Made by a program: the position numbers and the translations under genes. Below, piece after piece: positions 29,124 to 37,721 of a stretch of DNA of 64,000 nt. The notes beneath the pieces are model-generated. The model was not told the DNA's origin and ran no database searches. It was given only the letters and a program-made list of their open reading frames with translations. Position 1 is the first letter of the stretch; each line of letters starts with the position of its first letter. Origin of the DNA: Treponemataceae bacterium (lineage in GTDB: Bacteria > Spirochaetota > Spirochaetia > Treponematales > Rectinemataceae); assembly GCA_963677895.2 (NCBI GenBank), contig CAXXGJ010000017.1, forward strand, positions 128,001-192,000, given 5' to 3'.

Positions 29124-29372
29124 TCAGAACGGCTGATTTTTGCCGAAAGACGTCGCCATGAAGTATTGGACCATCTCCCTGCCCGAGTATATATCGACCC
29201 TTCCGTCCCTGCCATAGACATCGCGCATCGCGTGACGGTCTCCGATCTCCCTGTAGCGATCGGTTTCGCGGACTTTTGGCTCGACACCTGGCTGCAATGC
29301 ACCGGAAACCGCGTGCACCATTCTCTGGAGTGATCGCATCACGCGCTTCACATCCATCAGAATCGCTTCCAT
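29124..29372 (-). CDS. Hypothetical protein (82 aa)
   Basis: AAGGAGAG RBS before ATG; fills the gap upstream of padR in the same orientation. Confidence 0.55.
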   Translation of the reverse strand: MEAILMDVKRVMRSLQRMVHAVSGALQPGVEPKVRETDRYREIGDRHAMRDVYGRDGRVDIYSGREMVQYFMATSFGKNQPF

Positions 29373-29392
29373 GGTTCTCTCCTTTTCAAGAA

Positions 29393-29411
29393 TACCTTGT
29401 ATTGCATAATA
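29393..29411. promoter_or_regulatory. Putative PadR operator
   Basis: Imperfect palindrome TACCTTG-TATTG-CATAATA in the AT-rich region upstream of the ORF82-padR unit. Confidence 0.4.
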
Positions 29412-29529
29412 TAATTGTGTGCCTATTATTTTTCAATAGCTTGGCGCGAATTTTTTATCGAATTGCGCGTTTTTTTTTGCGCGCAGGTCGGCCATTGACC
29501 GCTGCCCTGTCTTTGACAACAATGAAGCC

Positions 29530-30297
29530 GTGTACAGCGATTCGCACCTGCATCTCGTCGATCTCAACGACAGGGGTCCCGATTTTCTCTCGAGCTTTCC
29601 GGTTCCCGACTGGCGCGGCGCCGTAGTCGCCCATGATATCGAGGAATTCGAGAGGTCGGAGACCCTGCGGGCGAGCATTCCCTTCACAGTCGCGGGTTTC
29701 GGCATCCACCCCCAGGCGATACGCTGGGATACGGCGGATTATATGCGGGAGCTCGCGGAGAAGGGAAAGATCGCCTTCATCGGCGAAGCCGGATTCGAGT
29801 TTTTCGGCGACAGGCCCGAATGGATCAGGAACGACGAGAATATCAAAAGACAGCGCGAAGCCTTCGAATTCCAGCTGACCCTCGCGGTCGCCAAGGGACT
29901 TCCCCTTCTCATACATTCCAGGAAGGGATTGGACCTGATAATGGGCTATGGCAGGGAGCTCCGGAAGCTGCCGGCCCTCATCTTCCACGGATGGCCCGGC
30001 CGCATTCAGGACGCGCAGGCCTTCCTGAAAAAAGGCGTTCCGGCCTACTTTTCCTTCGGCATGACCCTGCTCCGGGACGCGAAACACGCCATGGAAACCT
30101 GCGCGGCCATTCCCGAGGACAGGATCCTTTCGGAAACGGACGCCCCCTGGCAGCCGCCCAAAGGCGAGACCTGGACGAGTCCCGGAAAGATCGCGGCGGT
30201 TTCGCGGAGCATCGCGGCGATACGAGGGATCCACACCGAGGCGATGAACCTGCTGCTGCGGAAAAACTTCAATAAAGCCTTCGGCGTCAAGGAATAG
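29530..30297 (+). CDS. tatD: TatD family hydrolase
   Basis: DSHLHL, GIHP, IGEAG, LIHSRK, IFHG, SETDAPW. Confidence 0.88.
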   Translation: MYSDSHLHLVDLNDRGPDFLSSFPVPDWRGAVVAHDIEEFERSETLRASIPFTVAGFGIHPQAIRWDTADYMRELAEKGKIAFIGEAGFEFFGDRPEWIRNDENIKRQREAFEFQLTLAVAKGLPLLIHSRKGLDLIMGYGRELRKLPALIFHGWPGRIQDAQAFLKKGVPAYFSFGMTLLRDAKHAMETCAAIPEDRILSETDAPWQPPKGETWTSPGKIAAVSRSIAAIRGIHTEAMNLLLRKNFNKAFGVKE

Positions 30298-30306
30298 GAA
30301 AACCAC

Positions 30307-31503
30307 ATGTTCAGACCCTTCGAACTGGAACGCTATTTCGCGAAGCATGAATTTTCGGCGCGCTATCTGCTCTGCACTTCCGACTGTGAAAGCATGTCGG
30401 TCAGGGATCTCCTGTCCATGGAGCCCGGGGCCGAGGAAAGCCTGCTCTCGACATGGCTCGGCTACACCGAATCGAGGGGCAATCCGACGCTGAGGAAGGA
30501 AATAGCGGCCCTCTACGATTCCATGGACGAAGATGAGGTCCTGGTCCACGCAGGCGCGGAGGAGGCGATTCTCAATCTTTTCACCGCTCTCGTCCGGCCG
30601 GGACAAACGGTAATCGTCAATACGCCCTGTTACCAATCCCTGAGCGAAGTGCCGCGGGCTCTCGGCGCCCGCGTCGTCCCCTGGCATCTACGTCCGGCCG
30701 AGGGCCGGTGGTTCCTGGACCCCGACGAACTGGCCGAACTGCTGGCTATCCATGCGGGAGGGGGAACCGGAATGGCCCCTATCGTCGTGATGAACATGCC
30801 CCACAACCCGACGGGCGCCCTCCTTACGCGCGGGGAATTCGACCGCGTCGTTTCGCTCTGCGAGAGCCGTGGAGCCATACTCGTCTGTGACGAAGTCTAC
30901 AGGTTCCTGGAAACCGATCCGCGCGATCGCCTGCCCGCCGTCTGCGACACGTATGAAAATGGAATTTCACTCTCAGTGCTTTTCAAAGCCTGGGGCCTGG
31001 CGGGGCTGAGGATAGGATGGATCGCCGCCAAACGCCGCGACATCCTCGATTCAGTGGCCCAGGTCAAGGATTATAATTCCATCTGCGCCTCCGCGCCCTC
31101 GGAAACCTTGGCCGGAGTCGCCCTGCGCCATTCGGGCGAGATCATCGCGCACAGCAGGGATATCTGCGCCAAAAATCTGGCCTCCTTCTCGCGTTTTTTC
31201 GCTAACAGGGAAGATATGTTCGAATGGATTCCGCCCCGCGGCGGTTCGGTCGCTTTTCCGAGGCTGAGGATAGGCGGGGGAAGCGGCAGGTGGGTGAACG
31301 CGGAAAGAAAATGGACCGGCAAGGATTCAGGGATCAGCGCCGCTGTGCTCGCCGAAAGGCTGCTGGAGGAACGGGGAATCCTCATCCTTCCGGGGATCTG
31401 CTACGATTACGATCCCGCCCATTTCCGGATCGGCCTCGGCCGCAGGCAGGTGCCGGAAGCGCTCGCTTTGCTTGACGAGTGGCTCGCGGCGCAAGGATTG
31501 TAG
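30307..31503 (+). CDS. PLP-dependent aminotransferase class I/II (VioD-like group)
   Basis: PFELERYF, SDCES, LGYTESRG, PHNPTG, CDEVY, KAWGLAGLRIGW. Confidence 0.85.
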   Translation: MFRPFELERYFAKHEFSARYLLCTSDCESMSVRDLLSMEPGAEESLLSTWLGYTESRGNPTLRKEIAALYDSMDEDEVLVHAGAEEAILNLFTALVRPGQTVIVNTPCYQSLSEVPRALGARVVPWHLRPAEGRWFLDPDELAELLAIHAGGGTGMAPIVVMNMPHNPTGALLTRGEFDRVVSLCESRGAILVCDEVYRFLETDPRDRLPAVCDTYENGISLSVLFKAWGLAGLRIGWIAAKRRDILDSVAQVKDYNSICASAPSETLAGVALRHSGEIIAHSRDICAKNLASFSRFFANREDMFEWIPPRGGSVAFPRLRIGGGSGRWVNAERKWTGKDSGISAAVLAERLLEERGILILPGICYDYDPAHFRIGLGRRQVPEALALLDEWLAAQGL

Positions 31504-31564
31504 GATCGCTCCGGCCGGCCGCAGCCGCGGACGCCGCAAGTAGCCGCTGTGTACAGACGCGCCC

Positions 31565-32890
31565 TCAATCGCCGAACAGAAATCGCCGCGGGTTTTCCGA
31601 ACAGAAGGCGTTCTTCAACTCGGGGTTGATCGCGCTCCCCGAAAAAATCCTGAAATAGTCGGCGTAGGATCTCACTTTTATCAGATTGACCATGAAGTCG
31701 GAACCGAACATGATCCGCTTTTCGGCCACCTTTCTCTTGGCCGGATCCATGCTTCCCAACGTGACGAGCAGGGAATCGTAATATTCCGGCGCGACGCCGT
31801 TGAAGGAAAAATCCCCGTAGACCCCCGGGAAATCCGTCATGAGGCCGAAAATCGCATCCCGCCACTCGGTGGGCGGCGGCGCCAGGCGATTGGGAATGCT
31901 GTACTGGGCGCCTAGATGGGCAAAGTTCACGATAAGGCGGGGATACTTTTCCAGGGCGGGCCGATAGCGCGCGGGGGAAGTATTGCGCCAGGCTTCCTCG
32001 AGGGGAATCACCCTGAATCCGCCATCGTCGCAATGGACCGTGAGGGGTATTTTTCGTTCTTCCGCGAAGGAATAAAGGATTTCCACCTTCTCCCTTTCGA
32101 CCCCGTCGGCGGGCCAGGGGTCGAAACCGAGGGGAGGATAGAGTTTGATGCCGGCGAAAGGCGAATGCTTTCGCTCGGGATCGCCGGTGAGAATCTCGCC
32201 CATGCTCCCGAAATCCGCCCTCGCCTCCTCCCTGTCCCTCGTATAAAACGACAGCCAGGTATCCAGAAAGCGCGCAAGCGATTCGGGGCTGTGGGTTTTG
32301 GGATTTATCCCGAGGAAGGGCTGGATTTCCAGGAGCCCCTCTGGTCGGGTCAGCCTGTAATCCCTGATGCCGAGCATGACGTCGACGATCTGAGCGTCGA
32401 TGGTCTTCTTGGGGTATTTATCGTAATAGGTGTCGGGTTGATATGGTCCGGGCTCGCCGAAATCCATGAGCAGCGGAGATATGACGAGCCTACCATACTT
32501 CTGGCCGCCCACATCGAGGATACCGTCCCGTACCAGCGGCGTTTCGTCGGCGGATTTGGCGTAAACGCCCGTCAGGTCGTCTTCCATCAGCTTGAATATG
32601 TCCCCCGGCTCGTTTTCCATGACCGACAGCATGTTGCGTATCTTTTCGCCGCCTCGATGGAAGAGCGAGGAAGCCAGGTATTCGAAGGAAGTAAGCTGGC
32701 TGAAAAGGGCTTCGAGCCTCCTCCTCCTCAATGTCTGTATGAGCGCGAGAAAGGAGGGGTGCGAAAGCGTATGGGCATGGCAGTGTATGTCGAAGAAATC
32801 CGGGAGTTCCGCCTTGGCGACAAGGCCCGGTCTTGCTTCGCCGACGTCAGCCTTCGCATGGCCAGCGCCGGCGCCGATCTTTACGCTCAT
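31565..32890 (-). CDS. Amidohydrolase family protein (Amidohydro_2-like)
   Basis: DIHCH, GIKLYPPLG, VHC, NFAHLG, MFGSDF; ATGA overlap with upstream DMT gene. Confidence 0.8.
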   Translation of the reverse strand: MSVKIGAGAGHAKADVGEARPGLVAKAELPDFFDIHCHAHTLSHPSFLALIQTLRRRRLEALFSQLTSFEYLASSLFHRGGEKIRNMLSVMENEPGDIFKLMEDDLTGVYAKSADETPLVRDGILDVGGQKYGRLVISPLLMDFGEPGPYQPDTYYDKYPKKTIDAQIVDVMLGIRDYRLTRPEGLLEIQPFLGINPKTHSPESLARFLDTWLSFYTRDREEARADFGSMGEILTGDPERKHSPFAGIKLYPPLGFDPWPADGVEREKVEILYSFAEERKIPLTVHCDDGGFRVIPLEEAWRNTSPARYRPALEKYPRLIVNFAHLGAQYSIPNRLAPPPTEWRDAIFGLMTDFPGVYGDFSFNGVAPEYYDSLLVTLGSMDPAKRKVAEKRIMFGSDFMVNLIKVRSYADYFRIFSGSAINPELKNAFCSENPRRFLFGD

Positions 32891-33816
32891 TTTCCCGCTT
32901 CCCTCTCCGCCCGGCTCTGTCGATTGGCTGTCCATACCCCTAGTATAATCACGATCGCGCCCAGTGCTTGCATGACTTCGAAGCGTTCCTTGCGTATGGT
33001 CACGCCGGCCACGATGGTTATCACGGTGACGAGATTGGCGAAGACAGCGCTCTGCGAGGCCTTCAGCCTGGTGAGAGTAAAATTGATTAGGAAGAACGCG
33101 ACGATCGACGAGAGGATGCCGAGATAGGCTATGGAATACCATACCGAGGCCATGCGCGAAAGGAGAGAGCCGGGCGCCGCGGGAGACTGAACGAACCATA
33201 GCGACTTTACGAGTACGATGGCGCCGAAGGCGATCGCCCCCGCCCACATCATGGCGAAGGTCCGCTCGAAATCGCTGAAGCTCCGGGAAGCTTTGCGGGA
33301 AAGTACGTTGAACAGCGCGGCGCTCAGCATGGAGCCTATCAGGAAAAAGACCCCTCTCAGGGTACCTTCGCCGTCGGCCGCGCCCGCCCCGGGGCCGGTG
33401 AGTACGACGATGGCGACGCCCAGGATCGAGAGCACGAGGCCGAGGGTCTGCAGGGGCGTCGTCTTTTCCTTGAGCGCGAATATGCTCAGAATGGCGACAA
33501 AGGCCGGCAGGGCGCCGAGGATGATGCCGGCGGTGCTGGTCGACGACTCGCGCACCCCGTAGGTTTCGAAGATGAAATACAGGATGGGCTGGAAAAGACA
33601 GGTCAGGATGAGAATGCCCGGCTTCTTCCCCCTGTAGTCCAGCTTCACCACCTTCGCGGCCACGAGAAGGCTCATGATGAGGGCTGCCAGCAGGAAGCGC
33701 GAGAAAATAAGCTCCATCGGATCGAGCAAGTCGAGGGCGCTCTTGGTGACGAGGAATGAAAAACCGAATATGGTCGACCAGCCGATGCCGGCCGCTATGG
33801 AAACTGTCCGATTCAT
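32887..33816 (-). CDS. DMT/EamA family transporter
   Basis: About 10 hydrophobic helices in two repeats; IFGFSF and YFIFETYG motifs. Confidence 0.88.
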   Translation of the reverse strand: MNRTVSIAAGIGWSTIFGFSFLVTKSALDLLDPMELIFSRFLLAALIMSLLVAAKVVKLDYRGKKPGILILTCLFQPILYFIFETYGVRESSTSTAGIILGALPAFVAILSIFALKEKTTPLQTLGLVLSILGVAIVVLTGPGAGAADGEGTLRGVFFLIGSMLSAALFNVLSRKASRSFSDFERTFAMMWAGAIAFGAIVLVKSLWFVQSPAAPGSLLSRMASVWYSIAYLGILSSIVAFFLINFTLTRLKASQSAVFANLVTVITIVAGVTIRKERFEVMQALGAIVIILGVWTANRQSRAEREAGK

Positions 33817-33823
33817 TGTGGCG

Positions 33824-33852
33824 ACAGTAGCACCGGGGCGATTTCTTGGCAA
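33824..33852 (-). promoter_or_regulatory. Sigma70 promoter, leaderless geometry (DMT gene)
   Basis: TTGCCA-N17-TACTGT-N7-ATG; no SD sequence. Confidence 0.55.
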
Positions 33853-33925
33853 TCGGCGCATGACACTATGACACTATGATGCGCGGCCTTTCCGGCTATG
33901 ATATATTCACGACAGAGGTGGAGCG

Positions 33926-34348
33926 ATGGAAAACAACGTGGAAGCTTTCTGGGCGGACTTCGAAAGGGAAACCGGCGAAAAAGTGCTCGCCAGGACCATG
34001 GGGCAGTTCTTCTCTTCGTCCAAGGATCGGGGCGACTGGGGCCTTCTCGTCCTCTCCCCCACGGGGATACGTTTCCGCAGGACGCCGGGCGAAAACTGGT
34101 TTGCCTCGATGTTCAGGACTTCCTCTCCTCCCGTATCGACGAAAAGCGTGGAGGATCTCGTCATTTCCTATGCTTCAATCTCCGGGGTCACGAATCCGCC
34201 CAAGAAATTCCTGGATTTCCTGTTTGGAAGCCCCTTTCTTCTCATGGTGGTTTCCTACGAGAAGGACGGGCAAAGCCGGGAGGCTCGTTTCGCGGTAGAT
34301 CCCAAGAGCGATTTCTGCAAGCGGCTGAAGACTTTCATCCAAGACTGA
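33926..34348 (+). CDS. Hypothetical protein
   Basis: GAGGTGGAG RBS; typical codon usage; fits between the flanking genes. Confidence 0.7.
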   Translation: MENNVEAFWADFERETGEKVLARTMGQFFSSSKDRGDWGLLVLSPTGIRFRRTPGENWFASMFRTSSPPVSTKSVEDLVISYASISGVTNPPKKFLDFLFGSPFLLMVVSYEKDGQSREARFAVDPKSDFCKRLKTFIQD

Positions 34349-34356
34349 AAAAACGT

Positions 34357-35037
34357 TCAGACCAGCTGGTAAGGCAATCCCGCGGCGCCGAGATGAGGCG
34401 CGCACCACTTCGCCCCGGCCTTCAGCAGCGTTTCCTCGGAAAAGCTCGTCGTAAGCCCCAGGCAGGCGGCGCCGGCGCTGACGCCGGCCAGGATGCCGTT
34501 CACCGCGTCCTCGACCACGAGGCACCTGCCGATATCCACGCCGATCCTGGAAGCCGCTAGCAAGTAGATGTCGGGAAAGGGCTTTTTCCTCTCGATGTCG
34601 GAACCGGTCACCACGGCGTCGAAAAAATCGGTGTCGATGCCGAGAACGCGCAGGTTTATCTTCACCTTGGCGAGATCGGCCGCCGAGGCCAGGGCTATTT
34701 TGAGCCCCATCTCCCTGCAGGCGTGGAGATACTCAGGGGCGCCGGGCAGGACCTTTACGTATTCGGAAGCGAGCTCGCCGTAAATCTCGTAGGTCCAGGT
34801 CTTAGCGGCGGGAAGATCGACGGAAAGCCCCATCTCGCCGGCGGGGCCGCCTATGAAACGGTCCTCGCCGGCTCCAACGTATGGATAGAAAATGTTTCGA
34901 GGCGCTTCGACGCCATAACGCTGCCTGAACATCTTCATGGCCGATTGCGCGATGAGTTCCTCCGAATCCACGAGGACTCCGTCCATGTCGAAAAGTACCG
35001 CGTCGAACTTTTCGGCAGTAAAGCCGCAACCTTCCAT
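34357..35037 (-). CDS. HAD family phosphatase (beta-phosphoglucomutase-like)
   Basis: FDMDGVLVDS, KKPFPDIY, VVEDAVNG; GAGGAG RBS. Confidence 0.9.
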   Translation of the reverse strand: MEGCGFTAEKFDAVLFDMDGVLVDSEELIAQSAMKMFRQRYGVEAPRNIFYPYVGAGEDRFIGGPAGEMGLSVDLPAAKTWTYEIYGELASEYVKVLPGAPEYLHACREMGLKIALASAADLAKVKINLRVLGIDTDFFDAVVTGSDIERKKPFPDIYLLAASRIGVDIGRCLVVEDAVNGILAGVSAGAACLGLTTSFSEETLLKAGAKWCAPHLGAAGLPYQLV

Positions 35038-35159
35038 TCTGACTCCTCGCAAAGCTTCCAATTCGGGCTGACTGTAGCATATCGTCCCGCCGCGCTTCCA
35101 GCCTTCCAGCCTTCCAACCTGGATTGCCCTTTTCGCGCCAAACCGCTATCTTTCCACCG

Positions 35160-36260
35160 ATGACAGACATCGCCGCCACCATGGAGAGCGCGCGCATACC
35201 TTTCAGGGAATTCGGCCTCACCGCCATCGATTCCTACTGCGGCTTCACCATGGACAGACCGATAAAATTTTTCCTCGTCGAAGGCAGCATTGTCGATCTC
35301 GCGAAAAACTTCGAAACCCTAAGTTACCCCGCCCTGCCCTATGCCGACGCGAGCCTCGACGCCGCCGCGGCGGGCTACGAGGCGCGTTTTCTCTGCGTCG
35401 ACGACATCGACAGGAAAAATGTCGGCGCCCTGGGCATGAGCGCTTTCCGGAGAAATCCTCTCGACGGCCACTACTTTGATCCACATGGAATTTATGCCGA
35501 CCTGAAGAACCGCCAATTCAAAGTGGAACGGGTAGACGGGGAAAACGTACTTTTTGAGACGGCCGCATTCCTGTCGCGCCTTCATCCGGCGCCGGAGACG
35601 ACGATCGGGGCGCTTCCCCTCCCCGGCGCGGCTTCGGCCTTCTGGCAGAGGGACCTTCTCTCGCTCATCCTGCAGGGACCTAACTCGGCCGCGGCCTTCG
35701 AACTCCTCAGGGAGAGCGGCTTCGTAAAGACCTACTGGCCCGACCTGGACGCCCTCCTCCTCGTCGATCACGCCAAGGACTGCCACCCCGAAGGCGGGGG
35801 ATGGTCCCACACGATGGAGGCGCTGGGCTACCGAAAATCCCTGGACCTGACCCTTTCCCTCGCCCTTCTCCTTCACGACATCGGCAAACCCCGTTCCGAA
35901 TCGAGCGAAGGGCATCGATTCGACAAGCATGCGGAAATAGGCGCCAGAATAGCGGCCCGTTTTCTCCGGTCGCTGGGTTTTGACGAAAAAATCATACGCG
36001 ACGCATGCTTCATGATTCGCTGGCACATGCTGCCAGCCGGCCTGCCCCGCATTCCCCTCTCGACGGTGAGCGACATCATACTCGACAGCCGTTTCGTGGA
36101 TCTTCTGGAGCTTTTCCGCTGCGACGAGTTTTCCTCGTTCAAAGGGCCTGACGGATACTATGCCTCATGCGCGGCCTACAAGGCTTTCATGAGGAACCAC
36201 AAAAATCCGTACCGGGATCAGGATGGCAGAAAAAAGGCTCAGATCTTTTCCAGGCTGTGA
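35160..36260 (+). CDS. HD-domain protein related to CCA-adding/poly(A) polymerase, with a degenerate nucleotidyltransferase head
   Basis: HPEG...SHT, LLHDIGKP, HAEIGA, WHM; N-terminus lacks recognisable DxD and RRD motifs. Confidence 0.7.
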   Translation: MTDIAATMESARIPFREFGLTAIDSYCGFTMDRPIKFFLVEGSIVDLAKNFETLSYPALPYADASLDAAAAGYEARFLCVDDIDRKNVGALGMSAFRRNPLDGHYFDPHGIYADLKNRQFKVERVDGENVLFETAAFLSRLHPAPETTIGALPLPGAASAFWQRDLLSLILQGPNSAAAFELLRESGFVKTYWPDLDALLLVDHAKDCHPEGGGWSHTMEALGYRKSLDLTLSLALLLHDIGKPRSESSEGHRFDKHAEIGARIAARFLRSLGFDEKIIRDACFMIRWHMLPAGLPRIPLSTVSDIILDSRFVDLLELFRCDEFSSFKGPDGYYASCAAYKAFMRNHKNPYRDQDGRKKAQIFSRL

Positions 36261-37456
36261 TGATATTCCAGAACCCATTTGGGCGCATGGAACTGCCTGA
36301 AATCATCGTAATTCGCTATCAGGACATCCACGATCGACTGATCGACGGGCATCGTCCGTAGCGTCTCGAAGGCTTCCTTGGGCGCCACCGGGTCCCTGTA
36401 CGGCCTTTCGCCCACCAGCGCCTCGAAGACGTCCACCACGGCGATGATGCGCGATTCCTCAGGGATTTCCTTGGCCATTAGCCCTTCGGGATAACCGGAG
36501 CCGTCCATGCGTTCATGATGGTAGAGAACGATGGTACTGAGATGCGCGAGTTCCCTGAAGTTCTTCAGTATCCTGGCCGAGATGATCGGATGGGCCGCCA
36601 CCGCCTGCTGCTCCGGCTTCGTGAGAGGTCCGGCCTTCAGAAGCAGGCTGGAAGGAATGCTTATCTTGCCGATATCGTGAAGCAGGGCCGCCGTGTAGAG
36701 ATTGCGGAGCCGCCTTCCCTTGTAGCCCATTTTCATCCCCAGATACATGGTGAGGACGGCCACGCGCCGCGAATGGTTGGCTGAAAACTGTTCGGTCTGT
36801 TCAAAGAGAAAAATTATGGACTCAAGTCCCTTCGTTTCGTAGAAGATCAGGTTCTTGCGCCAGAGCCAGACGGAAACCGAATAGCCGACGGCCATGGTCA
36901 AGATGATGACAAGAAGATAATCCCGCCAGTCGAGAAGGGGTTTCTCGAAGTCCGCCTTGAGCGAATACATGAGATCATGCCCCTTGGCCGGGGCGATCAC
37001 CAGTTTGTTTTCGGATTGGAGAGCATCGAGGAGACCCTGCGCGTTCATCGTGACGACACCCTTCCAACCGGGGAGAGGGTTGAAGCCGAAATCGTCTTTC
37101 AGCGCGAATGAAAGGTTCAGACTCGTATCGGTGCTGCTTATGTCGAAATCGTCCACGGGAGGGCTGCCCCGCTGGAGCCTTATCTCATTGACGAAGGGAT
37201 AGATTTCGAGCGCGTCGTCCAGGAGAGCCTGCGCGTCGGGGATCCTATTCCTCTCCACCAGGTTGCGGACTTCGCTCCACGAGAAATACCCGTCGTTGAG
37301 GGCTGAAGCCTGAATCTGGACCATCGCCTTGAGGCCGATCTGGGTGGTCCTGAACTGCGTATCCCTCTGCGAAACCTTGATCGCGGTTATCATGGCTATG
37401 GACATGATAAAAAGAAGAAGGATAAAGGCAACTGTTTTAAATGCATAACGTTTCAT
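36239..37456 (-). CDS. Membrane-bound HD-GYP domain protein (probable c-di-GMP phosphodiesterase)
   Basis: Two TM segments flanking a sensor region; HSRRV, LHDIGK, HHERMDGSGYP, RPYR. Confidence 0.9.
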   Translation of the reverse strand: MKRYAFKTVAFILLLFIMSIAMITAIKVSQRDTQFRTTQIGLKAMVQIQASALNDGYFSWSEVRNLVERNRIPDAQALLDDALEIYPFVNEIRLQRGSPPVDDFDISSTDTSLNLSFALKDDFGFNPLPGWKGVVTMNAQGLLDALQSENKLVIAPAKGHDLMYSLKADFEKPLLDWRDYLLVIILTMAVGYSVSVWLWRKNLIFYETKGLESIIFLFEQTEQFSANHSRRVAVLTMYLGMKMGYKGRRLRNLYTAALLHDIGKISIPSSLLLKAGPLTKPEQQAVAAHPIISARILKNFRELAHLSTIVLYHHERMDGSGYPEGLMAKEIPEESRIIAVVDVFEALVGERPYRDPVAPKEAFETLRTMPVDQSIVDVLIANYDDFRQFHAPKWVLEYHHSLEKI

Positions 37457-37502
37457 AATAGAAAGAATAATATCGGAAAACCAGGAAGAGTTCAAGAATG
37501 GA

Positions 37503-37721
37503 TCACGTGGTCCGTTTACGGTAGTCGGCCACCAGGGAAAGAGCGTCCTCTTCCTGTTCATCCGGTACGACAACGCTGACTCCCTTTATGGTCGTGGAAA
37601 AGAGCGGGTTCATGTTGAGCATATTGTCCGACATTATCAAGGCGTCTATTCCGCCCGATTTCAGAATGCTGAGCACGACAAGAGCATCGTCCTGAAAGGT
37701 CGATGTGAAAATAGTCTTCAT
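37503..37721 (-). CDS. DUF2007-like small protein
   Basis: SILKSGGIDA...GVSVVVPDEQEEDA pattern; ATGA overlap with pepP stop. Confidence 0.7.
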   Translation of the reverse strand: MKTIFTSTFQDDALVVLSILKSGGIDALIMSDNMLNMNPLFSTTIKGVSVVVPDEQEEDALSLVADYRKRTT

